A DNA stretch of 64,000 bases, taken from the NCBI GenBank assembly GCA_015660915.1, contig JACTTZ010000003.1, positions 4,479 through 68,478 on the forward strand. The letters run 5' to 3'. Positions within the stretch are counted from its first letter, which is position 1. Every line of letters starts with the position of its first letter. This document shows positions 46,068-56,632 of this stretch, piece by piece. The notes under the pieces were generated by a model, which saw only the letters and a list, made by a program, of their open reading frames with translations, had not been told where the DNA came from and ran no database searches. Made by a program: the position numbers and the translations under genes. This DNA is from Methanomicrobia archaeon (GTDB lineage Archaea > Halobacteriota > Bog-38 > Methanoflorentales > Methanoflorentaceae).

Positions 46068-46539
46068 TATTTTCCGAAAAACTTCTTTGATACGCTGTAT
46101 AAGTAAATTCTCATATGGACTCGCTGCTTAAGTCGCTGCCAACGTCATCAGAAACTAGGTTAACTAGCCCGCGCGCGCAAATCCGTTCTGCCGGTGAGCA
46201 CAAAGGAACACCCCAAAAAAGCCAAAATGCCCCGTGATTAGCGATGCACGCGCAAGTGAGGCGTTCAAACACCGAGAAATTTCAGATTGCACGAACGAGA
46301 CCGTTGAAAAGACCTGTTTAGAGCAAGAGTGGTTCAACCTTCGCAAAACTGCCATGATCCAACGAAGCATTTAAATGCGAAAGCTTATCGTTGGCCTGTT
46401 TCTCCTTATGTGCGCCACAACGCGATAGATGCTCAGAGCGTTCTTAAAACGGTGCCCACATTTCTATCAACTGCTCCGAACGACTAACGGATGTGCGTTT
46501 TTTATCGCCGATCCGCACGAATGTGCAGCCAGAGACAGG

Positions 46540-47742
46540 ATGATGAGAGACGAGTATGACGTAATAGTGGTGGGGGCGGGCCCAGCAGGTTCCATCGCTG
46601 CCCAACACGCGGCCGCCCAGTGCGATGTGCTGCTTGTCGAAAAACGACAGGCTATCGGGGAGCCTATAAGATGTGCGGAAGGTGTCCCTCTTTGGCAATC
46701 GCCCATTTTTCCAAAGTCATTTAGCGAATATGTGCAGCCAGATCCAAACTGGATTGCTAGTGAGGTTCGACGAATCCGAGCCACCAGTCCCGATGGCACG
46801 ACTATTGAAGTGTCTTCAGAAACGTTTGGAGTCGACGGGCCGCTTGCCTTTATCATCGAGCGAAAACTCTTCGATCGACAACTTGCCAAAGACGCAGCAC
46901 GGGCGGGGGCCGATATAATGGTGCGCACTCGCGCGTCAGGGCTCATTATTGACGAGAACGTGGTTAAAGGCGTCCGGGCAAACAGGCTTGGTGACGAATT
47001 TGAGCTGACGGCTAAGGTTGTAATCGCTGCAGATGGCTTGGAATCACAAGTTGGTCGATGGGGCGGCATCAATACTTCCCTCGAAGCCAAAGATATCGCG
47101 AGCTGCGCCCAGTATTACGCGGAAAATGTCGACGTATCCCAGGAAACTGTCGACCTCTACTATGGCTCGAATATTGGAGGCGGCTACGCGTGGGTATTTC
47201 CCAAAGGTGACAAAACAGCAAATGTAGGGCTCGCTGTTCCTGGAAGCAGATGCGGTGCTAAGCGGCCAATAGACTATCTTGATGAGTTTGCGGCGAAGCG
47301 CTTCCCTAGTGCTCAGCCTATCGGACTTATACTGGGTGGCATCGCCATCAGCAACGAGCTTCGCACGATCGTGCGAAACGGACTGATGCTTGTTGGTGAC
47401 GCCGCGCACCACACTGATCCACTGACGGGTGGGGGCATTGTCCCAGCGCTGGAGAGCGGGACTATTGCAGGCAAAGTTGCGAGCAAAGCCGTCCGTAAGA
47501 ACGACCCCTCAGAGAGAGTGCTTCGCGAATACCAAACTGAGTATAATCATTCATTTGGCACTATGCGGAGGCTTAGGTACAGTTGCAAGGAGTTGGCCGT
47601 AAGCCTTTCCGATGAAGAAATAAACAGGGTGATGCGGGTACTTAATGGTATCCAACCCGGAGAACTGAGTCTGAAGAGCATTACAATGCGTTTTCTAAGA
47701 AAGGATCCGCGGCTTCTGTTAAAGGCAAGACAACTAGTCTAG
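46540..47742 (+). CDS. Geranylgeranyl reductase family (DGGGPL reductase-like)
   Basis: VVGAGPAG, PIRCAEG, GGYAWVFPK, GDAA..DPLTGGGI; start by homology to 41801. Confidence 0.92.
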   Translation: MMRDEYDVIVVGAGPAGSIAAQHAAAQCDVLLVEKRQAIGEPIRCAEGVPLWQSPIFPKSFSEYVQPDPNWIASEVRRIRATSPDGTTIEVSSETFGVDGPLAFIIERKLFDRQLAKDAARAGADIMVRTRASGLIIDENVVKGVRANRLGDEFELTAKVVIAADGLESQVGRWGGINTSLEAKDIASCAQYYAENVDVSQETVDLYYGSNIGGGYAWVFPKGDKTANVGLAVPGSRCGAKRPIDYLDEFAAKRFPSAQPIGLILGGIAISNELRTIVRNGLMLVGDAAHHTDPLTGGGIVPALESGTIAGKVASKAVRKNDPSERVLREYQTEYNHSFGTMRRLRYSCKELAVSLSDEEINRVMRVLNGIQPGELSLKSITMRFLRKDPRLLLKARQLV

Positions 47743-48429
47743 CTATTCTTCGTTTTCCCGTTTTCTGCACATTCATATATGTCGCGGGGGTATCAATTGT
47801 CGACTGCGGGCCCTTGATAGGCACAAAAGCGAAAAAAGTTGTTTTCCTGGTTTTGCGGTCGCTTGTGACTGTGACAACAGTTTTCGTGAACTTACGGAAA
47901 CCAAACGTCGTCAGCTAACGCGTAATAATGCAGCTTAGCGCCTTATAGCAACCAAGTGAATTTTCGCGACGTAGTTACGCTTACGTGGGAGTAAGAAAAT
48001 ATTAGCGCGGCAATTCGAAAGTAAGATCTTGACTACTGCCGCGGATGGGGACATTATCGAAATGAACACTAGAATTAAACGTCCTCTTGTTGGCAATAAC
48101 GGCTATTTTTCGAGCTGCAGGCAGGACAAATTAAACCGTGGGACGAGCGAGCGGAACGCGTAGCAAACCTCACTCACAAAACCGCCTGCCGCCATGTGGG
48201 TGCTAAATTTCCGCCTACACTCGTGAGAAATCCAAGGGGGTGAAAGAAAACCCGCCTGCTAGACTACGGCACCTAGCCTCAGCGGAATCGACGGCACACG
48301 ACGGGTATGTCTTCCTCTACAGTTGGGCGCGGATGTGACGCGAGCTTGTTGTCACACTTTCGTACACGTAGGATGCCTCACGCGGCCTAAAGAAACATTT
48401 TTGCGCAGGTTGAAGTGGAGGTGACCGTG

Positions 48430-48576
48430 ATGGTAAACAAGGAACAGACGAAACTTGAACGCGACATTGCCATTATAGAGCAGACGCTTCGTGCGATGAT
48501 CGAGATTGATTCTGCAGTAGCTCAAGCGCCCGCAGATGACACTCGGCAGAGCACCGATTACGCCACACTAATGTAA
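48430..48576 (+). CDS. 48-aa hypothetical protein (not in ORF track)
   Basis: GGAGGTGA RBS; MVNKEQTKLERDIAIIEQTLRAMIE..; TAATG coupling to next gene. Confidence 0.55.
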   Translation: MVNKEQTKLERDIAIIEQTLRAMIEIDSAVAQAPADDTRQSTDYATLM

Positions 48577-48920
48577 TGACCACTGAAAACAGTGTGTGCT
48601 TCTATGGGCTTCGCGTCGGCTGCCCTAGTGCATCGAATCCTAACTGTCGAACGTGCGCAGATCGTTTGACACACGCTGTCAATGAGATGCTGCGCTCGAC
48701 TGGACGTAGTGCTCGAATAAGCAAAAACGCTACCGAACCTCTAATCGATGAAGCCTCAGAACGTCTCACAAAGAAATGGCGTGTCGATCAACTGCGTGAC
48801 AGAGCCCAACTAAACTTCGCGCTGTTGACTGCCCGGACAAGGCTTGCCACTCTGCGCGAGCGGACTCTGACCAGCAGTCTTTCCGAACGTGACATTTTGC
48901 GGTGGCTTGGAGGCCGCTGA
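48576..48920 (+). CDS. Small 4-Cys protein, copy 2, with C-terminal extension
   Basis: CFYGLRVGC.SA.NPNCRTCADRLTHAVN. Confidence 0.65.
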   Translation: MTTENSVCFYGLRVGCPSASNPNCRTCADRLTHAVNEMLRSTGRSARISKNATEPLIDEASERLTKKWRVDQLRDRAQLNFALLTARTRLATLRERTLTSSLSERDILRWLGGR

Positions 48921-49314
48921 AGCTGTAGTATTGTGTGACTCGTGATTGACAAGGGTGCGTAGCCACCTCAAGTAAAGTCATCCCAGTGCTTCTTGTCCTA
49001 ATGACCAAGCGGCTATCTGCCGTAGTCACGAGAAACAAGCAATTTATCAACAACTTTTTCCCTAGGACAGCCTCCTTATTGCAAATCGCAAACATGTCCT
49101 TTTATAGGTAGACTCTAAGATCTTTTAGTCCATAGTCACATCAAGAGTGGCCTGGAACGCACATGCGTTGTCTGCAACAATGAAGCGTGTTGAACGACGA
49201 CGTTTGGTGTGGGTGGCCGTGAGCGATCCTCGACGGGCACCTTAAACCTGCGAAAGCCGAATAAGATCTCTAATCGCGGAAAAAACCGCAAAATTGTGAA
49301 ATAAGGGTGAAAGT

Positions 49315-50877
49315 ATGCCAACCGGAATTGTGCTTGGCGGCGGGGGAACGCTAGGCGATTTTCAAGTCGGAGTTTTGAAGTACCTCTACAAGAAGGGCGT
49401 TCTGCCACATATCAAATGTGTCTGCGGCACGTCAATTGGCGCAATCAACGCTGCGATAATCGCAACGGGTGACGGGTGCACCGCAAGACTCGAAAAGTAC
49501 TGGGAGGAGGACGTAAACTCCCGCGTGGACCTAATTCCGCAGCACGAATGGTCAGACACCTTAGGCCCTCTGCTGGAAGCGATCTTTCGGGGCGTGGTTG
49601 GTTCGTGGGTGTACGCGATGGGCTGTCTTGCGCTCGACTCAGAGCACACATTCAGCGACTTTAGGGGCGCAATCAAGGACATGGAAGAAATGTTCGAGCT
49701 TGCTCGCAAGCAACGTGCGCTTTACTCAGCGGAGCTTCTCGAAAAAAAGATGTATGATGATACGCAAGATCTCGACAAAGCCCTGAAATCAGATATAGCA
49801 CTGCGCATTTACGCAACAGACCTTAAAACGGGGGCTTGCACGTGTTTCCACAACAAAGCTTGCAAAATCGATCCTGAGAAGAAAAGGGGAGGTCGTAAAG
49901 AATACGTCCTTTGCGACTCGCGCGAGAAGCTCGTCAAGGCCGCCCTAGCCTCTTCAGCGATTCCAGGGATATTTTCTCCCGCCGAGGTGGACTGCAACTG
50001 GTATATCGACGGTTCGGCCCGAGAAGTCGTCCCTGTCGCGGGGGCGGTCGAGTGCGAGGCCGATGAGATCTATGCCATTCTCTGTCTGCCTCGTCTCACT
50101 CCGGGGGAAGACTCAGTTGTGGATTACGCGACCGAGGACTGGAGCACGAGCAGCGTTTTCGACATCCGCACTGAGGACTTTAGCACGAATTGCATGGATT
50201 GGAGCAGCAAGGGGGATCGTGATTTGATCGACATAGCAAACCGCACAGCAGCAATTGTGTTAGATGAGCTCACCACCGGCGATCTTGAAGCTGCGAAGCA
50301 AAGCGATAAGCCAATCAAATGTCTGAAAGTCATCGACCCCCTAGTCCCCGTTCACGGATTTGCACAGTTGAATATCGGCCTTTTGAAAATCAACATCGAC
50401 CAGGGCCACATGCGCGCTTTCGATGAGCTAGACGCCCCAAAAGCTGAGCGCAAGCGATGTAAGCAGCTGACGAAAGAGATAACGTCTCGACGGGTTGCCA
50501 TCTGGCGAGACGAACACAAACTCATCGAACAATGGGCGCAAGCGACGAAGCAGTGGCCGCTTAAGGGATTATATCCGATGCGGATCCTCTGCTTACCACT
50601 TATGCTATGCGGTTGGGACGAAATCGGCGCAGTGGACACAACGATTCTGTCGGAGATCCGCAGGCAAAAGAAAGAACTGAAGCGATTTGCCGAAGAAAGA
50701 CTGAAACTTGTTGGAATTACGTCGCTACCTGAAAACTATAAGGATATTTACCGAAATTGGGAACCGCACGACTTGCACCACGAGATGGAAGACATACCGC
50801 TCCCGCGAACTCCGTGGGATCGCCTCGACCTCGGCCGCTTGGGCACTGAGGTGATTCCCAAAGAAGAGCTGCCGTAG
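49315..50877 (+). CDS. Patatin-like phospholipase
   Basis: LGGGGTLG, GTSIG, ASSAIPGIF, YIDGS. Confidence 0.9.
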   Translation: MPTGIVLGGGGTLGDFQVGVLKYLYKKGVLPHIKCVCGTSIGAINAAIIATGDGCTARLEKYWEEDVNSRVDLIPQHEWSDTLGPLLEAIFRGVVGSWVYAMGCLALDSEHTFSDFRGAIKDMEEMFELARKQRALYSAELLEKKMYDDTQDLDKALKSDIALRIYATDLKTGACTCFHNKACKIDPEKKRGGRKEYVLCDSREKLVKAALASSAIPGIFSPAEVDCNWYIDGSAREVVPVAGAVECEADEIYAILCLPRLTPGEDSVVDYATEDWSTSSVFDIRTEDFSTNCMDWSSKGDRDLIDIANRTAAIVLDELTTGDLEAAKQSDKPIKCLKVIDPLVPVHGFAQLNIGLLKINIDQGHMRAFDELDAPKAERKRCKQLTKEITSRRVAIWRDEHKLIEQWAQATKQWPLKGLYPMRILCLPLMLCGWDEIGAVDTTILSEIRRQKKELKRFAEERLKLVGITSLPENYKDIYRNWEPHDLHHEMEDIPLPRTPWDRLDLGRLGTEVIPKEELP

Positions 50878-51239
50878 ACCCGCACGCGCGAGACGCTCTG
50901 AGCTAGGACGCAAGAGTTGATAGTTATGCGACCGAGTCTGCGTCTGCGCGCCGAAACGCGTTCGCACGCGGGCCGAGATGCTCGCAAACGACTCTCGTCG
51001 GCACGCCCGTAGCCTATGAGCGCTAGAATTCGCTGCCGTTGTCGTAACTCTTGCTTCGCTGAAGGAAATGTGAGAGAATGCTCAGATCAAATTGGACGCA
51101 AAAGACGATGCTGGTGAAACCCGCTTGCGATCCCTCACGGTCTCGGATCACAAGTCGAGCAGCAGAATCAGATGCTCAACAACGGAAAACGCCCGCCGTC
51201 CGAACGGCCCTCTTCCGTCGACAGTTATAGCGGGACAAA

Positions 51240-51842
51240 ATGACGCGCACCGTGCTTAAGGTCGGAGGCAGTCTACTCGCAGTCTCCAAAGAGTTGATTG
51301 ACTACTTGATAGAGGCTCACGTGAACGCAGTAGTGGTACCCGGCGGGGGGCCATTTGCACAGACGGTCCGACGCTATGCGGATCGCACCAACGAGACTGC
51401 CGCCCACTGGATGGCAGTTCTCGCAATGAATCAGTATGGATTCTATATGGCAGCTCCAGGAGCGACACTAGTCGAGAAGCTGAGCGCGCTTGAACACGGA
51501 ATTTGCATTTTTTTACCTTTCAAGATGTTATACGACAAAGATCCGCTGCCCCACTCTTGGAATGTCACCTCCGACTCCGTCGCTGGCTGGGTTGCCCACG
51601 AGCTCAAGGCCAATCTCGTGATAGCGACGGACGTCGACGGAATCGTTTTTTCCAATAAGTTGGTTTCGCGTGTTTCGGCGAGCGAACTCAGGGCGCAAAC
51701 GTGCGTCGATGCGTTTCTGCCGCAGCTCTTGGCTATCCACAACCGAGATTGCACGATCGTGAATGGTCATCACTTTCAACGTGTCGTCGCCGCGATTCAG
51801 GGACGCGAAACGGTCGGCACGACGATTATCGGACGAAAGTAG
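51240..51842 (+). CDS. mfnE: Amino-acid kinase family, probable MfnE (methanofuran)
   Basis: KVGGSL, VPGGGPFA, AHWMA..AMNQYG, LPHSWNVTSDS, TDVDG. Confidence 0.8.
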   Translation: MTRTVLKVGGSLLAVSKELIDYLIEAHVNAVVVPGGGPFAQTVRRYADRTNETAAHWMAVLAMNQYGFYMAAPGATLVEKLSALEHGICIFLPFKMLYDKDPLPHSWNVTSDSVAGWVAHELKANLVIATDVDGIVFSNKLVSRVSASELRAQTCVDAFLPQLLAIHNRDCTIVNGHHFQRVVAAIQGRETVGTTIIGRK

Positions 51843-51931
51843 TTAATAAAGGTCCTTGCTCTATAGAGTAGAAGCAACCTTTACTGGCGATTCTCACTAA
51901 TCATAGAAACGCGACCGGAGACGATGAAAAC

Positions 51932-52087
51932 ATGGAAAAGACGTGTATATCGTGCGGTGCACGGATGGCCAAGGACAGCGGCATATCGTACCCGTGCCCC
52001 TCGTGCGGAGAGATCATCACGCGATGCAAGAAATGTAAGAAGCTGAGCAATCCGTATCGATGCACGTGTGGTTTCGGAGGCCCTTAA
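51932..52087 (+). CDS. Small archaeal Zn-finger protein (HVO_2753/DUF1610-like; not in ORF track)
   Basis: MEKTCISCG..YPCPSCG..I.RCKKCKK.SNPY.C.CGF.GP directly upstream of EF-1beta. Confidence 0.9.
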   Translation: MEKTCISCGARMAKDSGISYPCPSCGEIITRCKKCKKLSNPYRCTCGFGGP

Positions 52088-52357
52088 ATGGGGGAAGTAG
52101 CAGTACAGCTTAAGATAATGCCAAACGGCCCTGACGTTGATCTGAAAGGTCTCAGCAGTCGAATTACTTCTCAGGTCGCGCCGTACGGACGACTGTACAG
52201 CTGCGAGGTGCAACCCATCGCGTTTGGACTCAAGGCGTTGATGCTCACGGTTATCGTTGAAGACAAAGAAGGCGGAACTGAAGCTTTAGAAGCCTCCATA
52301 TCGGAAATCAACGAGGTAGAAAGCGTTCAAGCCGGCGCCGTGACCAGAATGCTGTGA
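52088..52357 (+). CDS. ef1b: Elongation factor 1-beta
   Basis: MGEV..KIMP, PIAFGLKAL. Confidence 0.93.
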   Translation: MGEVAVQLKIMPNGPDVDLKGLSSRITSQVAPYGRLYSCEVQPIAFGLKALMLTVIVEDKEGGTEALEASISEINEVESVQAGAVTRML

Positions 52358-52387
52358 CGTGTGGCCGACCGCGCCTGTACGCAGCAA

Positions 52388-52471
52388 TGCACCGACCGGG
52401 ATTCGAACCCGGGTTGTGGGCTTTCTTCACGCGTTGGAAGGCCCAAGTCATAACCGCTAGACCATCGGTGC
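52388..52471 (-). tRNA. tRNA-Gly(TCC) with 12-nt intron at 37/38
   Basis: GCACCGA..TGGGC CTTCCA[ACGCGTGAAGAA]A GCCCA..CCGGG TTCGAAT CCCGG TCGGTGC A. Confidence 0.93.
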
Positions 52472-52530
52472 GCGACGCAAAACTACTTTAACAGAACGTA
52501 TATTAATGCTTTGCACGACGTGTGCGGAAA

Positions 52531-52830
52531 ATGTCCCGACGAAGGAAGAGAAAGGCGTTTATTAACGACATCGTTTTGCAACGTGTAGAGCGTCTCTTCG
52601 ACGCGGCTTTCGTCGAGTTTCCCGCTCACACGCAAAGAAGTGATCGCTACGTTGAGCTAGCTCGGAAGCTAGCAATGAAGCACAGGGTGCCTCTCGGAAA
52701 GACGTACAAAATGCGTTTTTGCAGAAGTTGCGGGGCATATTTCGTATACGGAACGAATGCACGCGTTCGCATAAAAGACAAGCGAACGGTTATCACATGC
52801 TTGAGGTGTCACGACCTAAGGCGCTATTGA
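52531..52830 (+). CDS. rnp4: RNase P protein component 4 (Rpp21)
   Basis: RYVELARK, FCRSC, TCLRC..RRY. Confidence 0.92.
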   Translation: MSRRRKRKAFINDIVLQRVERLFDAAFVEFPAHTQRSDRYVELARKLAMKHRVPLGKTYKMRFCRSCGAYFVYGTNARVRIKDKRTVITCLRCHDLRRY

Positions 52831-52848
52831 ATAAGGGTTCACCACCAG

Positions 52849-53163
52849 ATGACCAGAAGAAGCGAGACGCAAAAACTCAAGGCGCTCTCCATGGAGCTCG
52901 TCCCGACGCTTTGGGTCGGCAAGAATGGCGCGAATGAGGCAATCGTGCACGAGCTGCAGGAGCAACTCAAGCTACGCAAGATGGTCAAAGTGAGGATCCT
53001 TAGGACTGCGTTGTTCGAATCAAGTCGCGATGAGATCGCGCATGAACTTGGGCAAGCGTCGGGTGCGCAGTTGGTCGATTTAAAAGGCGCCACCGCCGTG
53101 TATCTTTCGCCGTACCGCGTCAAAAAGACGCCGAAAAACAGCTTCGCGCATCAGAGAAAATGA
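52849..53163 (+). CDS. YhbY/CRM RNA-binding protein
   Basis: PTLWVGKNG, QLK.R.MVKVRIL. Confidence 0.9.
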   Translation: MTRRSETQKLKALSMELVPTLWVGKNGANEAIVHELQEQLKLRKMVKVRILRTALFESSRDEIAHELGQASGAQLVDLKGATAVYLSPYRVKKTPKNSFAHQRK

Positions 53164-53223
53164 TATAAGTAAAAAAGACGTAAAGTCGCTCATTCCAGCA
53201 AGAAGTCTAATTTTGGAGATTAA

Positions 53224-53643
53224 ATGACCACATTGTACGATGTTTCCGCAAGCAAACTTATCGAACTGACCGCAACGAAGCTAAAGGGTGATGAACGATT
53301 TACGCCCCCAGAATGGGCTGCGTGGGTAAAGACGGGGATGCACAAGGAGCATCCACCACAAAACGATGATTGGTGGTACGTGCGCTGCGCCGCGCTTTTA
53401 AGGCGCATTGCAATCGACGGCCCCGTCGGCACCCAGCGACTCCGCTCAGTCTACGGAGGCAAGACCGACAACGCGTCAAGGCCTGAGCGTTTCGTCAAGG
53501 GCAGCGGTTCAATAATTCGAAAAGCGATGCAGCAGCTCGAAATCGCGGGGTTTGTAAGAACGACCCCGAAAGGCCGCGAGATCTCGTCAGAGGGTCGGTC
53601 GTTCTTAGACAACAGCGCGCACGAGCTCTTACAAAGCGCATAG
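53224..53643 (+). CDS. rps19e: 30S ribosomal protein S19e
   Basis: PEWA.WVKTG, WWYVR, GSGSIIR. Confidence 0.97.
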   Translation: MTTLYDVSASKLIELTATKLKGDERFTPPEWAAWVKTGMHKEHPPQNDDWWYVRCAALLRRIAIDGPVGTQRLRSVYGGKTDNASRPERFVKGSGSIIRKAMQQLEIAGFVRTTPKGREISSEGRSFLDNSAHELLQSA

Positions 53644-53664
53644 CCGACGCGGAGCATAATAATT

Positions 53665-53994
53665 ATGGACGATGACCTTGAACAGATACGGAAACGGCGC
53701 CTCGAACAACTCCAAGCGCAGCAGAGCGGTTTGCAAGGGCCGTCCACCGACGAGATAGAGCAAGCACAGGCCCGACGAAGTGCGCTCCTGCGACAGGTGC
53801 TCACGCCAGAAGCGCGCGAACGGCTCAGCAGCATAAGACTTACTCGTCCCGACTTTGCGGACTCCGTTGAGTCACAGCTTCTCGCGCTTTACCAAAGCGG
53901 AAAATTGACCGGACAGATCACCGACGAACAGCTCAAGCAACTTCTCAAACAAATCACCCCCAAGAAACAGAACATACGCATCACGCGCAGATGA
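53665..53994 (+). CDS. PDCD5-like dsDNA-binding protein
   Basis: LEQIRKRRLEQL, LTPEARERL, ITDEQLK. Confidence 0.93.
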   Translation: MDDDLEQIRKRRLEQLQAQQSGLQGPSTDEIEQAQARRSALLRQVLTPEARERLSSIRLTRPDFADSVESQLLALYQSGKLTGQITDEQLKQLLKQITPKKQNIRITRR

Positions 53995-54578
53995 AAGCCG
54001 GCGTTTTGTTCAGCGGGGGCAAAGATAGCGCGCTCGCGGCAGTTCTTCTCAGCCCTTTTGCGCAAATTGAACTTGTAACGATGTCCTTCGGAATCGTGCC
54101 GAACGACGCAGCTGCAGTGGCGCGCGCACTCGGGTTCCCCCACGTAACGATCGGCCTCGAACAAGAACTCGCAAAGACGTCCGTCGATGCGATGATCAAG
54201 GACGGGTACCCCAACAGGGGCATCAATCAAGTGCACCAAACGGCGCTTGAACGTGCATCGGAACGCTATCACTTTGTGGCTGATGGCACGCGCCGCGACG
54301 ACAAGGCTCCGCTCTTGACCTTGCGGGAGGCGCGAAGTCTGGAGGATCGCTTGCGCGTCGACTACGTCAGGCCACTGCTCGGTTATGGACGACGGGCGAT
54401 TGACGCTCTTGCCGCGGAGCATCTCGAGGTCATCTACGGCGAGTGTATCTCGTTCGACTATGAAGTCGAACTGAGGCAACTTATGGCGATTTCGTACGGC
54501 CACGAAGCTGTGAATCGCGTTTTCCCGAAAAAGCATCTCCAATCGAAGGTCACAAAACGAAAAAACGCGTTTTTCTGA
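53991..54578 (+). CDS. PP-loop adenine nucleotide alpha-hydrolase family
   Basis: LFSGGKDS, ADGTRRDD, DYE; conserved position in S19e-L39e cluster. Confidence 0.85.
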   Translation: MKAGVLFSGGKDSALAAVLLSPFAQIELVTMSFGIVPNDAAAVARALGFPHVTIGLEQELAKTSVDAMIKDGYPNRGINQVHQTALERASERYHFVADGTRRDDKAPLLTLREARSLEDRLRVDYVRPLLGYGRRAIDALAAEHLEVIYGECISFDYEVELRQLMAISYGHEAVNRVFPKKHLQSKVTKRKNAFF

Positions 54579-54687
54579 GCATTGGGGGCGTAAACAATTA
54601 TTAACGATGAGCGGGTATAGGCTACTCTGATCGGAATATGTTTAAAGTGCCGAGCAACCCAACGACTTCAGCCACAGAGGGACTGCA

Positions 54688-54840
54688 ATGAGCAAAGTAA
54701 CAAAAGGGAAGAAGAAGCGGCTCGCGAAAGCGACAAAGCAGAACAGACGTGTGCCAGCGTGGGTGATTGTACGGACAAACCGCACCGTAAACACCCATCC
54801 GAAGAGAAGGCATTGGAGACGCAGTAACCTTAAGGTGTGA
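54688..54840 (+). CDS. rpl39e: 50S ribosomal protein L39e (not in ORF track)
   Basis: [29 protein letters not shown]. Confidence 0.96.
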   Translation: MSKVTKGKKKRLAKATKQNRRVPAWVIVRTNRTVNTHPKRRHWRRSNLKV

Positions 54841-54846
54841 TCGTTC

Positions 54847-55128
54847 ATGGCGAAAGACACGAAAATAGAGGAAGAGCGTGTGTACACCATACCACTGAGA
54901 GGAGTAAAACACACGCCCAGGTGGAGACGCAGCAAGAAGGCGATGTCAGAAATTCGCCAGTATCTCGCCCATCATTTGAGCGCGGAGCCAGACAAAGTTA
55001 AACTCGACCGATCGATCAATGAGAGAGTTTGGGAAAGGGGCTCGAGCAATCCGCCGAACAAGATCACTGTGCGAGCAATGAAATTCGACGACGGCATCGT
55101 CGAGGCAGAACTCGCGACCGAATCGTAA
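54847..55128 (+). CDS. rpl31e: 50S ribosomal protein L31e
   Basis: ERVYTIPL, INERVW.RG..PP. Confidence 0.96.
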   Translation: MAKDTKIEEERVYTIPLRGVKHTPRWRRSKKAMSEIRQYLAHHLSAEPDKVKLDRSINERVWERGSSNPPNKITVRAMKFDDGIVEAELATES

Positions 55129-55170
55129 GCGAGCGTACCGACCAGCAAACGTACGTCTCGAGGCTGCAAC

Positions 55171-55839
55171 GTGGTCAAGCGCATCACTTTAGGCGGAAGT
55201 GCCGTGCTCGGCGTTTTTGGGACGTGTACAGAAGACTTCTTGCTCACTGCGCCGCCAACGACCGATGAAGAGCAGCTAAACTTCTCACAGGAACTAGAGG
55301 TGCTCACTGTCCCGCTTCTCGTAGGCTCGAGTTCGGTTGTCGGGTCGCTCGTGGCTGGAAACTCGAACGGATTTGTTGTTTCCGGTATTGCAATGAGACA
55401 TGAAATAGCGCTACTCGAAGCACGTGCCGAAGGCTTGAACGTGCGAAAGCTCCCTGGGAGAATCAATGCGGCAGGAAACGTCATCCTCACAAACGACACC
55501 GCAGCGCTGATACACCCCGGCTTGATCGCTCGCGCTGAGCGGGTCATTTCCGAGACCTTAGGTGTAGACGTGCAGCGCGGAACGGTAGCCAGCTTAAAAA
55601 CGGTCGGTATGGCTGCGTGCGCCACCAACAAAGGCGTTTTAGCGCATCCAAAGGCGACGGAGGGTGAGCTATCGGAAATGGACGAGACGTTTGGCGTTCC
55701 TGTCAACATCGGCACCGTGAACTACGGCTCCCCGTTAGTAGGTTCTGCACTCCTCGCGAACACGAAGGGCTACGTCGTCGGTCACGAGAGCACAGGAATC
55801 GAGCTCGGACGGATCGAGGACTCATTAGGGTTTCTGTAA
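55171..55839 (+). CDS. eif6: Translation initiation factor aIF-6
   Basis: GNVILTND, GTVNYGSPLVGS, TGIELGRIE. Confidence 0.96.
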   Translation: MVKRITLGGSAVLGVFGTCTEDFLLTAPPTTDEEQLNFSQELEVLTVPLLVGSSSVVGSLVAGNSNGFVVSGIAMRHEIALLEARAEGLNVRKLPGRINAAGNVILTNDTAALIHPGLIARAERVISETLGVDVQRGTVASLKTVGMAACATNKGVLAHPKATEGELSEMDETFGVPVNIGTVNYGSPLVGSALLANTKGYVVGHESTGIELGRIEDSLGFL

Positions 55840-56007
55840 ACCGTCAAAAGCACCTAGCATCCACTGCGCCACGTGGTTTGGATACCTATTTAACCGATAA
55901 CCTCGCGAATAACTCAGTGATCAAGTGAGTGCTCGACGCGAGCATGTCAGCCTCATACGCAGACGCCAATGGCGTACAAAACGCCCCTATTGATGGATGA
56001 TTTAAGC

Positions 56008-56196
56008 ATGGAAAGAAAAACCTTTCAAATAATAGGTTCCTTCAAAGCAGGACGTTCGTGGGAACGCTTTACAAAAGAAGTCTCGAGCAACAACGAGAAA
56101 AATGCCGCCGAAAAGCTCTATTCGCTCATTGGAAGCGAGCACGGCTTGAAGCGGAACCTTATTCGAATTGAATCTATTGAAGTTGAAAACGAGTGA
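56008..56196 (+). CDS. rpl18a: 50S ribosomal protein L18Ae/LX
   Basis: FTKEV, EKLYSLIGSEHGLKR..I.I. Confidence 0.93.
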   Translation: MERKTFQIIGSFKAGRSWERFTKEVSSNNEKNAAEKLYSLIGSEHGLKRNLIRIESIEVENE

Positions 56197-56200
56197 TATC

Positions 56201-56632
56201 ATGGCGAGCGAACAAGAAGTACGCGTGATATTAAGCCAGCTACAACAATCCGAGGCAGAAGCCCGTGCCTACGAACAGCAGATGGAAATCGTCAGCTTCA
56301 CCATCAGCGAGATAGAAAATGCAGTCGTCGCCGTGGAAGCGCTGTCGAAACCTGATATCGGCAAAGAGACGCTTATACCAATTGGGGCAAACTCGTTCGT
56401 GTATGGCACCATCCCCCAGACAAACAGGGTTATAATTGGACTTGGCGCGAACGTCTCCGCCGAGGTGGACGTCACGGACGCCGTGTCATACCTCACTGAG
56501 CGAAAGAAAAAACTCACTGAAATGCAAGGACAGTTCGCCGCTCGACTTAACCAGATCGGCTCTCAAATCTACTCACTCCAATCGAAGTTGCAGACGGTTC
56601 AGTCGCAGTTAAAGGCAACACCAGATGTTTGA
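56201..56632 (+). CDS. pfdA: Prefoldin alpha subunit
   Basis: Coiled coils around ETLIPIG..VIIGLGA..E. Confidence 0.93.
   Translation: MASEQEVRVILSQLQQSEAEARAYEQQMEIVSFTISEIENAVVAVEALSKPDIGKETLIPIGANSFVYGTIPQTNRVIIGLGANVSAEVDVTDAVSYLTERKKKLTEMQGQFAARLNQIGSQIYSLQSKLQTVQSQLKATPDV

Noticed and set aside
47760-48420. Long intergenic region with short CCGCCT repeats
   Set aside because: Only two or three short matches; not distinguishable from chance
53889-55715. Long minus-strand ORFs (217 and 247 aa)
   Set aside because: Antisense to well-supported conserved genes
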